A stretch of DNA of 41,475 nt from Octopus bimaculoides (GCF_001194135.2 NC_068987.1:41579486-41620960); one strand, 5' to 3'; shown: positions 21,697 through 33,959, counted from the first letter of the stretch. The notes: a model not told the origin generated them from the letters alone. Numbers and translations are program-made.

Positions 21697-21836
21697 AGGA
21701 AGGGCATCCAGCTGTAGAAACTCTGCCAAATCAGACTGGAGCCTGGTGTAGCCATCTGGTTTCACCAGTCCTCAGTCAAATCGTCCAACCCATGCTAGCA
21801 TGGAAAGCGGACGTTAAACCATGATGATGATGATGA
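21697..21836 (+). mobile_element. RTE 3'-terminal fragment with (GAT)n tail
   Basis: aggaagggcatccagctgtagaaac..acccatgctagcatggaaag..gatgatgat is nearly identical to 5442-5580. Confidence 0.9.
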
Positions 21837-21902
21837 AGGTTATAAAATTATTTTAGCATTTTCTACCTTAACTTCTTTTCTATACATATTACATATATAT
21901 AT

Positions 21903-23878
21903 ATCATCATCATCATCATCATCACCGTTTAATGTCTGTTTTCCATGCTGGCATGGGTTAGAAGGTTTGACTGGGGACTGGCAAGCTAGGCAGCCACACC
22001 AAAGTTTCTACAGCTGGATGCCCTTCCTAATGTCAACTACTCCGAGATTGTGATTTGATGTTTCATTTTTGAGTTTGCTTGACTCTATAGGTCTCCTCAA
22101 GTATGGTGTGTTGCACAACAATTCAAAGGTACTTTTTAAATGGGCTAGTTATGCGAGACTGGTATAGGCTACGGCTGTGATCTCACTTTACTTGCCAGGT
22201 CTTCTGAATCACAGCACATCTCCAGAGGTCTCGGTTTCTTGTCATCGCCTCTGTGAAGCCCAACGTTTGAAGGTCATGCTTCACCATCTCATCCCATGTC
22301 TTCCTAGGTCTCCCTCTTCCATGAGTTCCTTCCACTGTTAGGGAGTGACACTTCTTCACACAGTTCTCCTCATCCATATGCAGCACATGACCATACCAGT
22401 GCAGTCATCTCTCTTCCACACCACATCTGATACTTCTTATGTCCAACATTTCTCTCAGGGCGCTTACACTCTGTTGTGTGTACACACTGACATTACACAT
22501 TCAGCAGATCATACTAGCTTCATTTCTTCAAAGCCTATGCATGTCTTCGGCAGTCATGGCCCATGTTTCACTGCAGTGTAGCAGGGCAGTTCGCACATGC
22601 ATCATACAGTCTACCTTTCACTCTGAGTGAGAAGCCCTTTGTTACCAGAAGAGGTAAGAGTTCTCTGAACTTTGCCCAGGCTATTCTTATTCTAGTGACA
22701 ACGCCCTCCGAGCATCCACCTCCACTACAGACTTGGTCACCTAGGTAATGGAAGCTATCAACTACTTCTAGTTTCTCCCTCTGGCATGTGATGGAATCCG
22801 TTTTCTGAGCCTCTGCCGCACACAAAAGCTATCATCCTGATTAACCTTCCTTTGATGTTGCTGCACCTCTTATGTGTGCATAGCTTACACTGGGTAAATC
22901 TTATGGAGTTTCTACCTACACCTTTTCTACAGATTGAGCAGGACCATCTATCTGAAGGGGTTTGTGATTTGTTCGCCTTCCTACTTACTAGGACCTTGGT
23001 TTTTACAACATTGACTCGATTCTGAACCTTGCTTCCACACCTGAAATTTCTTCTCTAGTTCTGGTAGTGATTCTGCTTTGAGAGCAAGGTCATCAGCATA
23101 GAGGAGCTCACAGAGGCAGCCTGTCTTGAATTCCTCTGTTATTGCCTGGAGGACTATGATGAATAAGAGGGGGCTGAGGGCTGATCCTTGGTGAACCCCT
23201 TACTTCTACCTGGAATTCTTCACTGTACAGCTCTTATTAACCACTTGTCTATCCTGAGTTTCTGCATAGCCCACCAGATAAGGAATCGGGGGACCCTGTC
23301 TAAAGCTTTCTCCAATTAACAACAGCCAGGTATAGGGGTTTATCTTTGGCTAAGTATTTCTCCTACAGTTGCTTTACCAGGAATATAGCATCAGTGGTGC
23401 TTCTACTTGTCACAAAATCGAACTGCATCTCATCTAAGCAGACTCTCTCCCTAATTAGTTGGGCTATGACCCTCTCCATGACATTCATCACCTGATCCCC
23501 TGTAGTTATTTCTATTTAAAGCATCACCTTTACTTTTGTTGCAGTTGACTATGGTGCTGCTATGCCAGTCATTAGGTATGACTCCTTTGTCAACTACCTG
23601 GTTTACAATGCAGGTGACTAGACCATAACCCACGCCACCAGATATTTTAAGCATCTCAGCAGTGATTTCTGATGGGCTGGGGGCTTTTCCTGACTTCATA
23701 TCCTTAATTGCTTTATCTACCAGGGTGCTATTGATTCGGGTCGCTGATACCTCGACTGGGTCAACATTTGGCAGGTTCTCCTCCTCCTATTCATTCTCCA
23801 CATTCAGCAGCCTTTCATAATGGCTTCTCCAAGCCTCTTTCTTTGCAGAATCATTAAAAGTGTACCATCATCCATGCG
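21903..23878 (-). mobile_element. RTE-clade LINE copy 2, 5'-truncated and internally deleted
   Basis: (ATC)n tail at 21903. RT C-terminus (RGRPRKTWDE), FHYLG, PHD-type insert, LYADDL, FDFV..STTDAIF, NYRG. Confidence 0.92.
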
Positions 23879-25465
23879 GTACTCAAATCATACAAGCGAG
23901 CCCTTACAAAACCACTGCAGCTTCTCCTCCAGAGCTTCCTTGCAAGTGGTAAGCTCCCAAACAAACTGAAGGAAGGGATAATATGCCCTATCCATAAGGG
24001 AGGAAGCAGAGCAGATGCTAAAAATTATAGGCCTATCTCTCTGACCTCACACATCAATAAAGTCATGGAACAAATAGTTTGCAAGAAACTAATCATGTTC
24101 CTAGAAGAAAATCACTTGCTAACAGACACCCAGAATGGATTTCGTCCAGGTAGAAGCTATCTGACACAGCTCCTGCAACACTACGACTGGGTGTTAAAAC
24201 AGCTGCTGAATGTCTCAAGCGTGCATGTGATATATCTCAACTTTGCAAAAGCCTTTGACAAAGTTGACCATGGTAAGATATGTCACAAACTGTGCGATCT
24301 CGGCACATGCAGAAAACTTGGAGAATGGTTGCACAACTTCCTAAAGGATAGACGTCAGGCATTAGTGGCCAATGGAGCCACCTCCAGGGAAACACAAATA
24401 GCAAGTGGTGTTCCACAGGGCACTGTCTTGGGGCCAGTGCTGTTCATAGTGGCCCTCTCAAACATGTCCTTGGCTGCTCAGATAGCTGCCCTTGCTAGCT
24501 ATGCAGATAACACAAAAGTCTCTCAGACAATACAAAATCCTGGAAATATTGCACATCTGCAACAGGAGTTGGACGCAATATACACGTGGGCTGAGGACAA
24601 CAACATGCAGTTTAATGCAGGAAAATTCCAGGCCCAACACTACCAGCACAAAGCTAAATGACATGCAGACAGGACACACTGGCCTAGGAAGAATTGAGAT
24701 CCCTGAATCAAAATCAGTGTGTGATCTGGGCTTTGACATGAGCTATGATGCATCTTTCCAACTGCATATTACCAATTTGGTAATAAAATGCAGACAGCTG
24801 GCTGGCTGGATCCTCTGAACTTTCAAAACAAGAAAAAAAGAGATATTGATGATCCTTTGGAGGACATACGTTCTCAGCCGCTTAGACTATTGCTCCCAAC
24901 TATGGTCACCACATAATAAAAAATCCACAGTGGGAACTTGAAGCAATCCAACAAAGCTACATCGTCTCGATGCAACATATCAGCTACTGGGAAAGACTGA
25001 AAGAATTAAAGCTCTTCTCCCTGAAATGAATGTGGAAGAGATATGCAGTGATACACATCTGGAAAATCCTTGAAAGCCTTGTACCAAACTTTGGCATTGT
25101 AAGTTACTCAAACTGCAGAACAGGGCGCCACTGCATAGTGCCAAAGATCCCAGCATTGCCATCAAAATACAGAACCAGATACTGCAACAGCTTCGGCATC
25201 AAGGGCCCACAGCTCTTTAATATCCTTCCAAAATTCCTGAGAGACCTGCATAGTGTGGATATAAGTGTCTTTAAAACAAAACTGGATCTCTTCCTGTTAT
25301 GGGTTCCAGACAAGCCTACCTCACGGCAGGAAACATAGATGAATGCAGCAGCATCAAACTCCCTCATTGACCAAATGCCACATACCAGAGGTTTCAAATA
25401 ATAGTGTAGCTCAGTCAACGGTGGTGCTCCAGCATGACCACAGCTTTGCAGCTGAAACCTAAAAA
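23879..25465 (+). mobile_element. CR1/L2-group LINE, 5'-truncated, decayed
   Basis: IICPIHKGGSRADAKNYRPISLTS, QNGFRPGRS, YLNFAKAFDKVDH, SGVPQGTVLGPVLF, YADNTK, YSNCRTGRHC. 3' end ggtggtgctccagcatgacc..gctgaaacctaaaaa. Confidence 0.9.
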
Positions 25466-26414
25466 TTTTTTTTATATATGTATATATATCATATATATAT
25501 ATATTTTATATATGTATAGAATATATGTATATATATTATATACATATATATATATATATTGATGTATGTATGTGTGAATGTATGTATGTAGGGATGATAA
25601 TACATACAGATACACCTATATATGGGTGTGCATGTGTACATATACACATGAGTACGAGTTGTATATGTAGATAGTGATATGTATAAACATCTGTATAAAT
25701 ATATATATATACATGTCTAATATATACATATGTATACATCTTCACATATATATTTTCTTCTACTACTAAGCACTAACCTGTCCAACCACCTAATCTATAT
25801 TCCTAAATTCTTCATTCCATACTACTACCCCTCTCTTTGCCCCATTACTTAGACTCTATCACTACTTAACTGACACTCCTTTACTTTTTATCACCCCACC
25901 ATTCCTTCTATCTTTTTACATGCTAATACCTTTCTCTCTCTATCACCCTCATCTCCGCATTCCTACTTTCAAATTGACTGACCACTAACTGGTACCCTTT
26001 CCCTTATTATCTCTCTCCTTGGTTTTCTTTTTTCTTTCTTTTCTTTATTCCTCTCTTCCGGGGTAGGGGTTTCTTCTCTCTTTTTTTTCTGTTTTCTTTT
26101 TTTCTCTTTTTTTTTATTCCTCTCTTCCTGTTTTCGATTTGGCCTTACAAATACATTTCCTACTTTTAGGTCACTTTAAATAAAACCCTTGATTTATTAG
26201 CACTGTGTACAAACTCTATACTTGGAATGACCAATTTTAGATACTATTGGATTTTACTCATTAGGTACTGGAATCTTATATGTATACCATTCCACCTAAA
26301 TAACGGATCTACAAATGCAATATCCCTGCATATCTCACATCTATTTTCATTCCTTCACTTCACTCTCTATTTCTTATCTTATCTAAATTAACTATTGCTT
26401 AACCATTCTCTCAC

Positions 26415-26465
26415 ACCATCTCCGATGAAGGGATATAATAAATATCCTGGAAACAGCTGTAAAAC
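26415..26465 (+). ncRNA. Candidate degenerate minimal hammerhead ribozyme in a PLE-type 3' region
   Basis: c[c]gatga + stem II ggatat/atatcc + gaaa + palindromic cagctg + ta. The core has U>C at position 2 and stem I is degenerate. Confidence 0.45.
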
Positions 26466-26542
26466 CTATTTATAAATGTTCTAAAATCTTCACAGCCTTG
26501 GTTTTTTTATCTCATTCTGAAAAATAATTTTTTATGTATTAT

Positions 26543-26880
26543 NNNNNNNNNNNNNNNNNNNNNNNNNNNNNNNNNNNNNNNNNNNNNNNNNNNNNNNNNN
26601 NNNNNNNNNNNNNNNNNNNNNNNNNNNNNNNNNNNNNNNNNNNNNNNNNNNNNNNNNNNNNNNNNNNNNNNNNNNNNNNNNNNNNNNNNNNNNNNNNNNN
26701 NNNNNNNNNNNNNNNNNNNNNNNNNNNNNNNNNNNNNNNNNNNNNNNNNNNNNNNNNNNNNNNNNNNNNNNNNNNNNNNNNNNNNNNNNNNNNNNNNNNN
26801 NNNNNNNNNNNNNNNNNNNNNNNNNNNNNNNNNNNNNNNNNNNNNNNNNNNNNNNNNNNNNNNNNNNNNNNNNNNNNNNN
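26543..26880. other. Assembly gap (N run)
   Basis: N bases. Confidence 1.
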
Positions 26881-27445
26881 CACTCCAAGAGTGTAGTGGG
26901 TGCTTTTATGTGCCACCGGCACGAGGGCCAGTCACATGGTACTGGCAATGGCTGCGCTCAAAAAGGTGTTTTTTACATGCCACCTGCATGGGAGCCAGTC
27001 CAGCAGCACTGGCAATGACCTCGCACAAATGATTTTCTAATGTGCCACCAGCACAAGTGCTTGAAGGCAACGATTACGCTCAAATGGTGCTATTTACGGG
27101 CCACTAGCACGGAAGCCAGACAGCTGCTCTGGCAATGAACACGCTCCGACAGTGCTGTTTAGTGCTCCACTGGCACAGGTGCCAGTCATCGAGTATGGTT
27201 CAATTATGATTTCACTTGCCCCAACAGGTCTTCGCAAGCAGAGTTTAGTGTCCAATGAAAGAGAGGTTGGCATGAGTGCCAGTCGTCGGATTTGGTTCGA
27301 TTTCAGATTTCAAATTTCAAATTTCAAATTCCAAATTCCAAATTCACTTGCCTCAACAGGTCTTTGCAAGCAGGGTTTTTAGTGTCCTATGAAGTAAAGA
27401 TAGGAATTAATGAGCTGGCTACACTTCTGGCAGAGGTCACAGATA
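26881..27445 (-). mobile_element. RTE 3' UTR fragment (same subfamily as copy 1), truncated by an N-gap
   Basis: Reverse complement of 4935-5432, including modules A and B. Contains a local (tttcaaa/ttccaaa)n expansion at about 27300-27345. Confidence 0.88.
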
Positions 27446-27456
27446 TATATATTATT

Positions 27457-27489
<33 letters not shown>

Positions 27490-27503
27490 ATCTATATATA
27501 TTA

Positions 27504-27566
27504 TTTTACTTGTTTCAGTCTTTTAACTGCAGCTATGCTGGAGCACCGCCTTTAGTTGAACAAATT
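27504..27566 (-). mobile_element. SINE family 1 / CR1-type 3' tail fragment
   Basis: Reverse complement ggcggtgctccagcatagctgcagttaaaagactgaaacaagtaaaa. Confidence 0.65.
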
Positions 27567-28525
27567 GTGAATTAAAAGCCTCATAGATAATTTTTATATA
27601 CTATATTAATAAATTATATACATAATTATATCAAGGGACTGGACAAGCCTCTCCAACACACTGACTACTTGATAAAATCATTAAAGTGATTTTATCCTTT
27701 ATTTTATATTGGACTAGCAGAGGTGCCTGGCGTTGCTCGGGGCTGAATTGCTTTAAAGTACTGTTATTGATTCTATTCAATTATGATTATTGAGGCAAAG
27801 ATTGATATAAGTTAACGCCCAACCAATCGATTTGCAACTGGATAGAAAGCCCTGCAAAGAGCATTGCAACACTCTAAGAATGTAAGGTGGCCCTGAAAAG
27901 GCTGTGTTATCATTCTCACAATCGTAACAATTTGGTAGGTAGTCCTAGAAGGGTGTGTAAAACGTTCGCAGATGAATATGGTGTGTTCCTTTTCCACCAA
28001 CAGCAGCAGACATGCTGTTACAAAACTTCATGCTCTGTGAAAACAGAATGGATGCCCTATGGAGGAAAGAGGGGGATTAATCATGGGTAAGTAAATATGG
28101 GTAAGTTTGAAAATATACAACAATAGCATCTACTCACCATATGTCAGACCGTCAAGAGTGTAGTGGTGCTGAATAGATGAATCACAACACTTCTGTCATG
28201 GAGATGTTGTGTAAAATGACCTGTTACTTTTGAATATTTTGTATTTGATATAAAATGTAATGGTGTAAAATATAATAGTGAGAGAGAGGATGTATGTATT
28301 TAGTTTTATCAACTTTTGAAGTCTTGTTATTTGATGTAAATTGTAATGGCGTGTAAGAGATAGTTACTTCATGTAATTATTTTTATCCATTTGTTTCATT
28401 GATCGTCGTTATGATTACATTTGTTGTTGTATAAAATGATATGTTGCTTGGTTTTGAAATTGTATGTCGTGATCCTGTTGCCACTGATGTAAACTGTAAT
28501 GTTGAGAGAGGAGATGGAAAGGGGG

Positions 28526-28697
28526 NNNNNNNNNNNNNNNNNNNNNNNNNNNNNNNNNNNNNNNNNNNNNNNNNNNNNNNNNNNNNNNNNNNNNNNNNNN
28601 NNNNNNNNNNNNNNNNNNNNNNNNNNNNNNNNNNNNNNNNNNNNNNNNNNNNNNNNNNNNNNNNNNNNNNNNNNNNNNNNNNNNNNNNNNNNNNNNN
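28526..28697. other. Assembly gap (N run)
   Basis: N bases, inside the Helitron. Confidence 1.
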
Positions 28698-30864
28698 ATG
28701 AAGCTTTGTAACATCGCGAGAATCAGCCTTTTTACAGCTGATGGTTGGGAGTGTCAAGTGCACTGCAATGAATATTAACCTACACCTACTTAGAAACTTC
28801 TGACGAAAAGGCAAAAATTTTTTTTAAATTCGAAAAAGTTATAAAATTAGGAAGTGAAGTAATCCTATAAAACCTCCTTGTACACAATGTTTTTTGTTTT
28901 TCCTTGTGGAACGAACGTGAAAGCATGACTCTTGCTGCCCACACATGAGCAGCCAACGTAAAGCTGACCATGAGAGAAACATGGCTCCCCCAAATGTATT
29001 CCCACGACAGACAGCATTTGCCCCTGTGCTTTGTTAATTGACATTGCGAAGCATGGCCTGACTGGAAACTAGGACCTCCGAAATGTAAAAGATAAGTCTG
29101 CTCCTGATGGGGAAAGATGCATCCTTGGTATGAGCACAACGTTGCCTCGACCGCACCCTGTGATTACTGTGGCCTCAATTAGATTGGGAGATAAGGACTT
29201 AACAATCAAACGTGTCCCATTGCATTGTTTTGGCAGAACCAAATTTCGAATGAGCATTAATAGGGGCACCAAGTTTAAATTTCAGAATGTGTGGGGTTAG
29301 TCCAGGGGGCTGAAAGGAATTTAGTACCTCTATTGGATAGTTGATGATGTCCTCGGGGTCAGGAGTTCTATCGATAGACTTATATATATATAGCAATCCC
29401 CAGGAATGAGTTTTAGCATTTGATCATTAATATGGTTAACAGTTTTATTTTTCGGGGCCAAAATAGCTCTTTGGCCAATCCAATCCATATTCTGATAATT
29501 TGCTTGGAGATCTGGGAACACTGCATCTGTGAGATCAGAAGGTGTATTAACAATGGTACAAAGTGAATCAATGGCAACATTACCCTTTTCGTCGCAGGGA
29601 GTTTTGCCTTCGCCAAGTGCAAGGAGGGTATTCTGCTGATGCTATGTCACCTCGCATATGAGCACGCATGTTAGTGTTAAGTTTGAGAGTCTTCACCAGG
29701 GGCCACAATGTGGATGACTTAAGACACAGACATACTGTATCAGCTCTAGTTGAAAACGACTGTCACTGCTATGAATAAGTATGTATCGCTTATTGTGCTG
29801 TTCACCATGGAGAAGTACAGCCACTTCATTGCTTGAAAGAGCGTTTTAACGGCATGCGTGCTCTCCAGAAGATCTTTTGTCAGTATCGATGACAATGGTG
29901 AAGTTTGGTGAAGGGGCTGTTTGCAAGGCGTATTTGAAACTGCGAATATAGCTGTTGTGCTCATGAAGCATATTTGAGTAGAACGTCCCTGTCAAAAGTA
30001 TCAGCGTCAGTGTTTGCAGGTGGTGGAATAACGCCAAACCGCACATCAAGTTGCCTACTGTAGTGGGAAATGAAGTAAATTTAAAGGAACGAAGGCTTGC
30101 AATTTTGTAGTGGCTGGAGTGACCCAATAAAATGGTACATCTGTCCCTGGACCTTGAAAGTAGGCATCCAGTCACTGTTTATGACAACATTAGCCCCAAA
30201 AGAAGTCATCTGAAACGCACAATTGTAATTTCTGATGATTTGAAGGAATTTTGATGACTTTGTGGTAGAAGCAGTAAGTAGTTCCTTCAAAGGCTGTGGC
30301 AGTTCTGGAAGAGGGGGCAAGCTGGCCTTACTGTTTAAGCAGCACATTCCAGGTGTCTCCCTAGCCCACTTTTTAGCATTGCAGAATTGGCAATTGAAGC
30401 ACATTTCCCCTATATTTATGTCAGCGTGGATGGAGTAATTAAAGTTTGGCTCATACTTGAAAGTCCGTAGGAGCCAGTAATGGCTGTTGGTACTTGTCAC
30501 ACCGCAGGCAGCTTCTCGCCATCGACTGTTCTACTGCAACGTAGAACATAGCTGGTAGTGGTTGTGTGAAGGTCTCACAGCGGTAGCAGAAGGCACATTT
30601 GCAAATGATAATGGACAAATTGCGTTGCACATAAGGCGCTTTGTGAAAGTGTAAAAGCAGTTTGGTCGGAGGACTTGTTTGCTCTAATTGCCTTTAGCGC
30701 CAGTGCTGACGCTGTATGGCGACTGAGGCAACTTCTCTTTTTTGGTGGCATTGAATGTCCAAAAGAAATGGTGAAAGTACAGAGAAATTGTCTTGGAAAG
30801 TATGTGTAAAATTGAAGGGGGAAAAGGTGATAAGAAACGGCAAATAAATAAATAAATTGACAGG

Positions 30865-31230
30865 TATTAGTATGTATGTGTGTATTTGTATGTATGTATG
30901 TATGTATGTATGTATGTATTAGTGTGTATTCTGTGTATATATATATATATGTTAGTAAGTAAATGTGTTTTAAAAAAGATTTTCAAGAAACTCACAGTTT
31001 GTAGGGAAGAAATGTTTGACTGTTGATCGTATTTGGAAAAGACTGACAAGTATTTGTATGTATGTGTGTATTTGTACATTTGTATGTATGTGTGTACTTG
31101 TACATATGTATGTATAAGTGTGTATTCTGTGTGTATATATATGGTAGTAAGTAAATGTGTGAAAAAAGATTTTTAAAAAATTCAGTTTGTAGGGAATAAA
31201 AGTTTGTCGATCGCATTTATGTATGTATGC
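30865..31230. repeat. Two ~180-bp tandem units with (TATG)n inside the Helitron 5' region
   Basis: gtgtgtattctgtgt..tagtaagtaaatgtgt..cagtttgtagggaa occurs at about 30922-31010 and 31118-31198. Confidence 0.7.
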
Positions 31231-31971
31231 CTGTATATATGTGAGATAATAGTTTCTCTTTAATAGATTCAGTATTAAAGTGAAAGTGTCTGACATTAGA
31301 ATAGAGAGATGTTATTGTTTCACTTTTGACACTTAGTACTGCAATAGTGGAGGAGATGTGATATTGCACTGGGCTTGCACTGGGCAAGAAGTTAAACATT
31401 TTGGGGGCCTAAAACACTACCTGGACCCTAAGTAAGGTATGTGTAAAATTTGAATGAAATTGGTTGTGTAGTTCTTAAGTTTTAGGGATTCACACAGACA
31501 GACTCACAGACACACATTCTCATCTTTATATATATAGATATATATAGAAGTATTTTTGCTCTGGCTCAAAATCACATTCACTTGGACATTATTTTGATAA
31601 ATAGCACATGGTTGAAATGAAAAATATAAATTTGACTTTCCCTGTATATACATGCTAATGTATGTATTTGGCTTTGCAACTTTAATGCTCATATGGATAT
31701 GTATAAGCGCTTGTAATGCTATACTATGGAATATTTGTACTGATGATAGCAGTAAGTATTTTATTACTTTAAACTTGAAATTGGTTCCGATACACAATTA
31801 ACGAGAAAGTTTGATTTATTCTTTTTCATTTGCCCGCTTGCAACCTGTGCTATAGGACATTTAAGGTAGTTTTTAGCACCATTTTGCATCTACTTTCAGT
31901 GTTTTGGAGAGGCTCATCTGATCCCTTTATATAATTATGTATATAATTATTAATATAGTATATCTTATGTG

Positions 31972-32002
<31 letters not shown>

Positions 32003-32168
32003 NNNNNNNNNNNNNNNNNNNNNNNNNNNNNNNNNNNNNNNNNNNNNNNNNNNNNNNNNNNNNNNNNNNNNNNNNNNNNNNNNNNNNNNNNNNNNNNNNN
32101 NNNNNNNNNNNNNNNNNNNNNNNNNNNNNNNNNNNNNNNNNNNNNNNNNNNNNNNNNNNNNNNNNNNN
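32003..32168. other. Assembly gap (N run)
   Basis: N bases, following (TA)n. Confidence 1.
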
Positions 32169-32329
32169 AAAGGAAAAGAGTGACTTTACTGGTAGTTGTA
32201 ATCAATTTAATTTATTAATAATAAAATTTTACAGTTTGGTTTGTAGATCTAGTAAGTTCTTAGTTAAGTTCAGTGGGGAGATTTTTTTAAGATTCCTTGC
32301 TAACTTTTCTGGAGAACTTTTTCACATTC

Positions 32330-33830
32330 ATCGGTGGTGATTATCAAACTGATCTCAGGTTGTGTTGTGCTGTGTGATTCTATATATAAGAGATTTAGGT
32401 GTATCTGGGTTGGGGTTGGAGTAAACACTTCACTACCTCCCAACTTCACTTTCAATCAATTATTTTGTTTTTACCATTCACTAATTTCTTTCAGCTCTTG
32501 CTCATCACCACCCCTTCACTCCTACACTTATTAACAAACCCCAGATACACCCAAATCACCATTGAGGTGAGATTTAGGATGGGAGAAGAAGCTAAATGTA
32601 ATCTTCTTGTGAAGATTAGGGAAATATCCATTACCTGATGGGAGGCGGCCATCTTGGCAGGTTTAGAAGACAAAATCACAATACTGAAGGTCAAGAAACT
32701 ACCTAAGCAAAACTGGTTAGGTATAGGTATGGAACTGACCTTGCAATGCAAGCAGGACCATATCAATCAGCTGTGCGATCTAATTGGTCTCCTGGGTGGT
32801 ACTCACCTGTCAGTGTTCATGGAAGGTAGAAAGCCAAGATGCCACAAATGTGGATCTGTAAATCACTTAAAGGTTTTATACCCTCAAACAAAGAAAAATA
32901 AAGTCCCACTGCTGCCAACATTACAAATACAAGTGCAAAATCATAAACAAGTGCTCAAGACTCCTGCACCTATTCTCACAAACATACTTACACCCACTCC
33001 CAAACCAAGACAAAGGAGTCTACCCCCCGGTTGCCATGGAAAGACAAGTTTATTTTGAATGCTCTTCCTCCCAAACCAACATCAACTGCAATGACATGGA
33101 GAAGGAAGAGCTGAAGGATCAATGGATCACAGTGACAAAAGGGGGAAGGTGAAAGAGAAGGAGAGTACTCCAAGAAATCAACAAAAGCTTATTCTGAAAC
33201 CACAACTGCAACACAATTCACAACCACTCTAACAAAAACAAGAACAGGATCAACAACTTCAAAAACAGCAGCATCATCAACAACAGCATGAAATCACTAG
33301 AACACAGGAACTATCAATTACAAAACTTCAAAAATATTCATGAGACTGTAAAAGAATTGTCTCCATCAATTTCACTGTTGTGAACAAGTGTTACAGTAAA
33401 ATGATGGATTTTATTAGCCAAAACAAAAACAGTATAGAGACAGAGGGAAAGGAATTTGAGGATTTCATCCTCAAAACCCCCAAAGACAGACTTTTGATTA
33501 AAACATTGTCAGACATTTATAAAACTGTGATAGAAAAATTCCCAGGTAGTGTGGGGATTTTAAAAAAATCTGTTGATAAAAGGCTTTTTGCCAGTAGAGA
33601 AGGCTGGAAGTTCCAGACTTCTCAAAAATCAAAGTGAGTAACCTCCTCATTTTCTTTCTCTGACTAGCAAGGCTGTGCTAAGAATGGGGTGTGTGAATGT
33701 GCATGGCCTGAGGTCAGCTTGGAAGCAAGGTTACTTGCTCAATGATTTCAGGAGGTCACTTGATTTGGATGTGGCTGCCATTAGTGAAATAAGAATCTCT
33801 GGAAAACACTCTCTGTGAGTCTGAAGAAAG
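32330..33830 (+). mobile_element. L1/Tx1-type LINE 5' portion: ORF1 with CCHC knuckle plus start of APE endonuclease; 3' part absent
   Basis: VFMEGRKPRCHKCGSVNHLKVLYP (knuckle, last C>Y, 32840-32881). Q-rich linker. GCVNVHGLR..LDVAAISE (APE motifs I-II) at about 33690-33800. Confidence 0.65.
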
Positions 33831-33959
33831 AAGTTGGAGGGGGCTCTCATCTTTAGTATCCAGAGTTATATTGGATGGTGGGGTTCCTTGATTATCCCTA
33901 GAGGTCCTCCTGAATCAGGGGGATACCATTACGATCGCTTTTTTTCCTATCTTTTACTA

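Larger units (their letters stand above)
27714..31538 (-). mobile_element. Helitron, both termini present, internally deleted RepHel
   Basis: 5' A|TCTATATATATAAAGATG at 31538. 3' hairpin ccccgagcaacgccagg followed by CTAG|T at 27714. ATG at 30751 (MPPKKRS). Zn-finger-like CQFCNAKKW..GMCC, FKVQGQMYHFIGSL, and Pif1 helicase C-half (RAILAPKN, CNGTRL, LIPRM). Confidence 0.9.

Noticed and set aside
26532-26948. Long ORFs spanning N runs (also 3036-3758, 3229-3945, 28383-28814, 31927-32340)
   Set aside because: These are artefacts of translating through assembly gaps.
30867-31296. Y/T/H/I-rich ORFs (also 25536-25745, 35065-35325, 7766-7975)
   Set aside because: These are translations of (TA)n, (CA)n and (TATG)n microsatellites.
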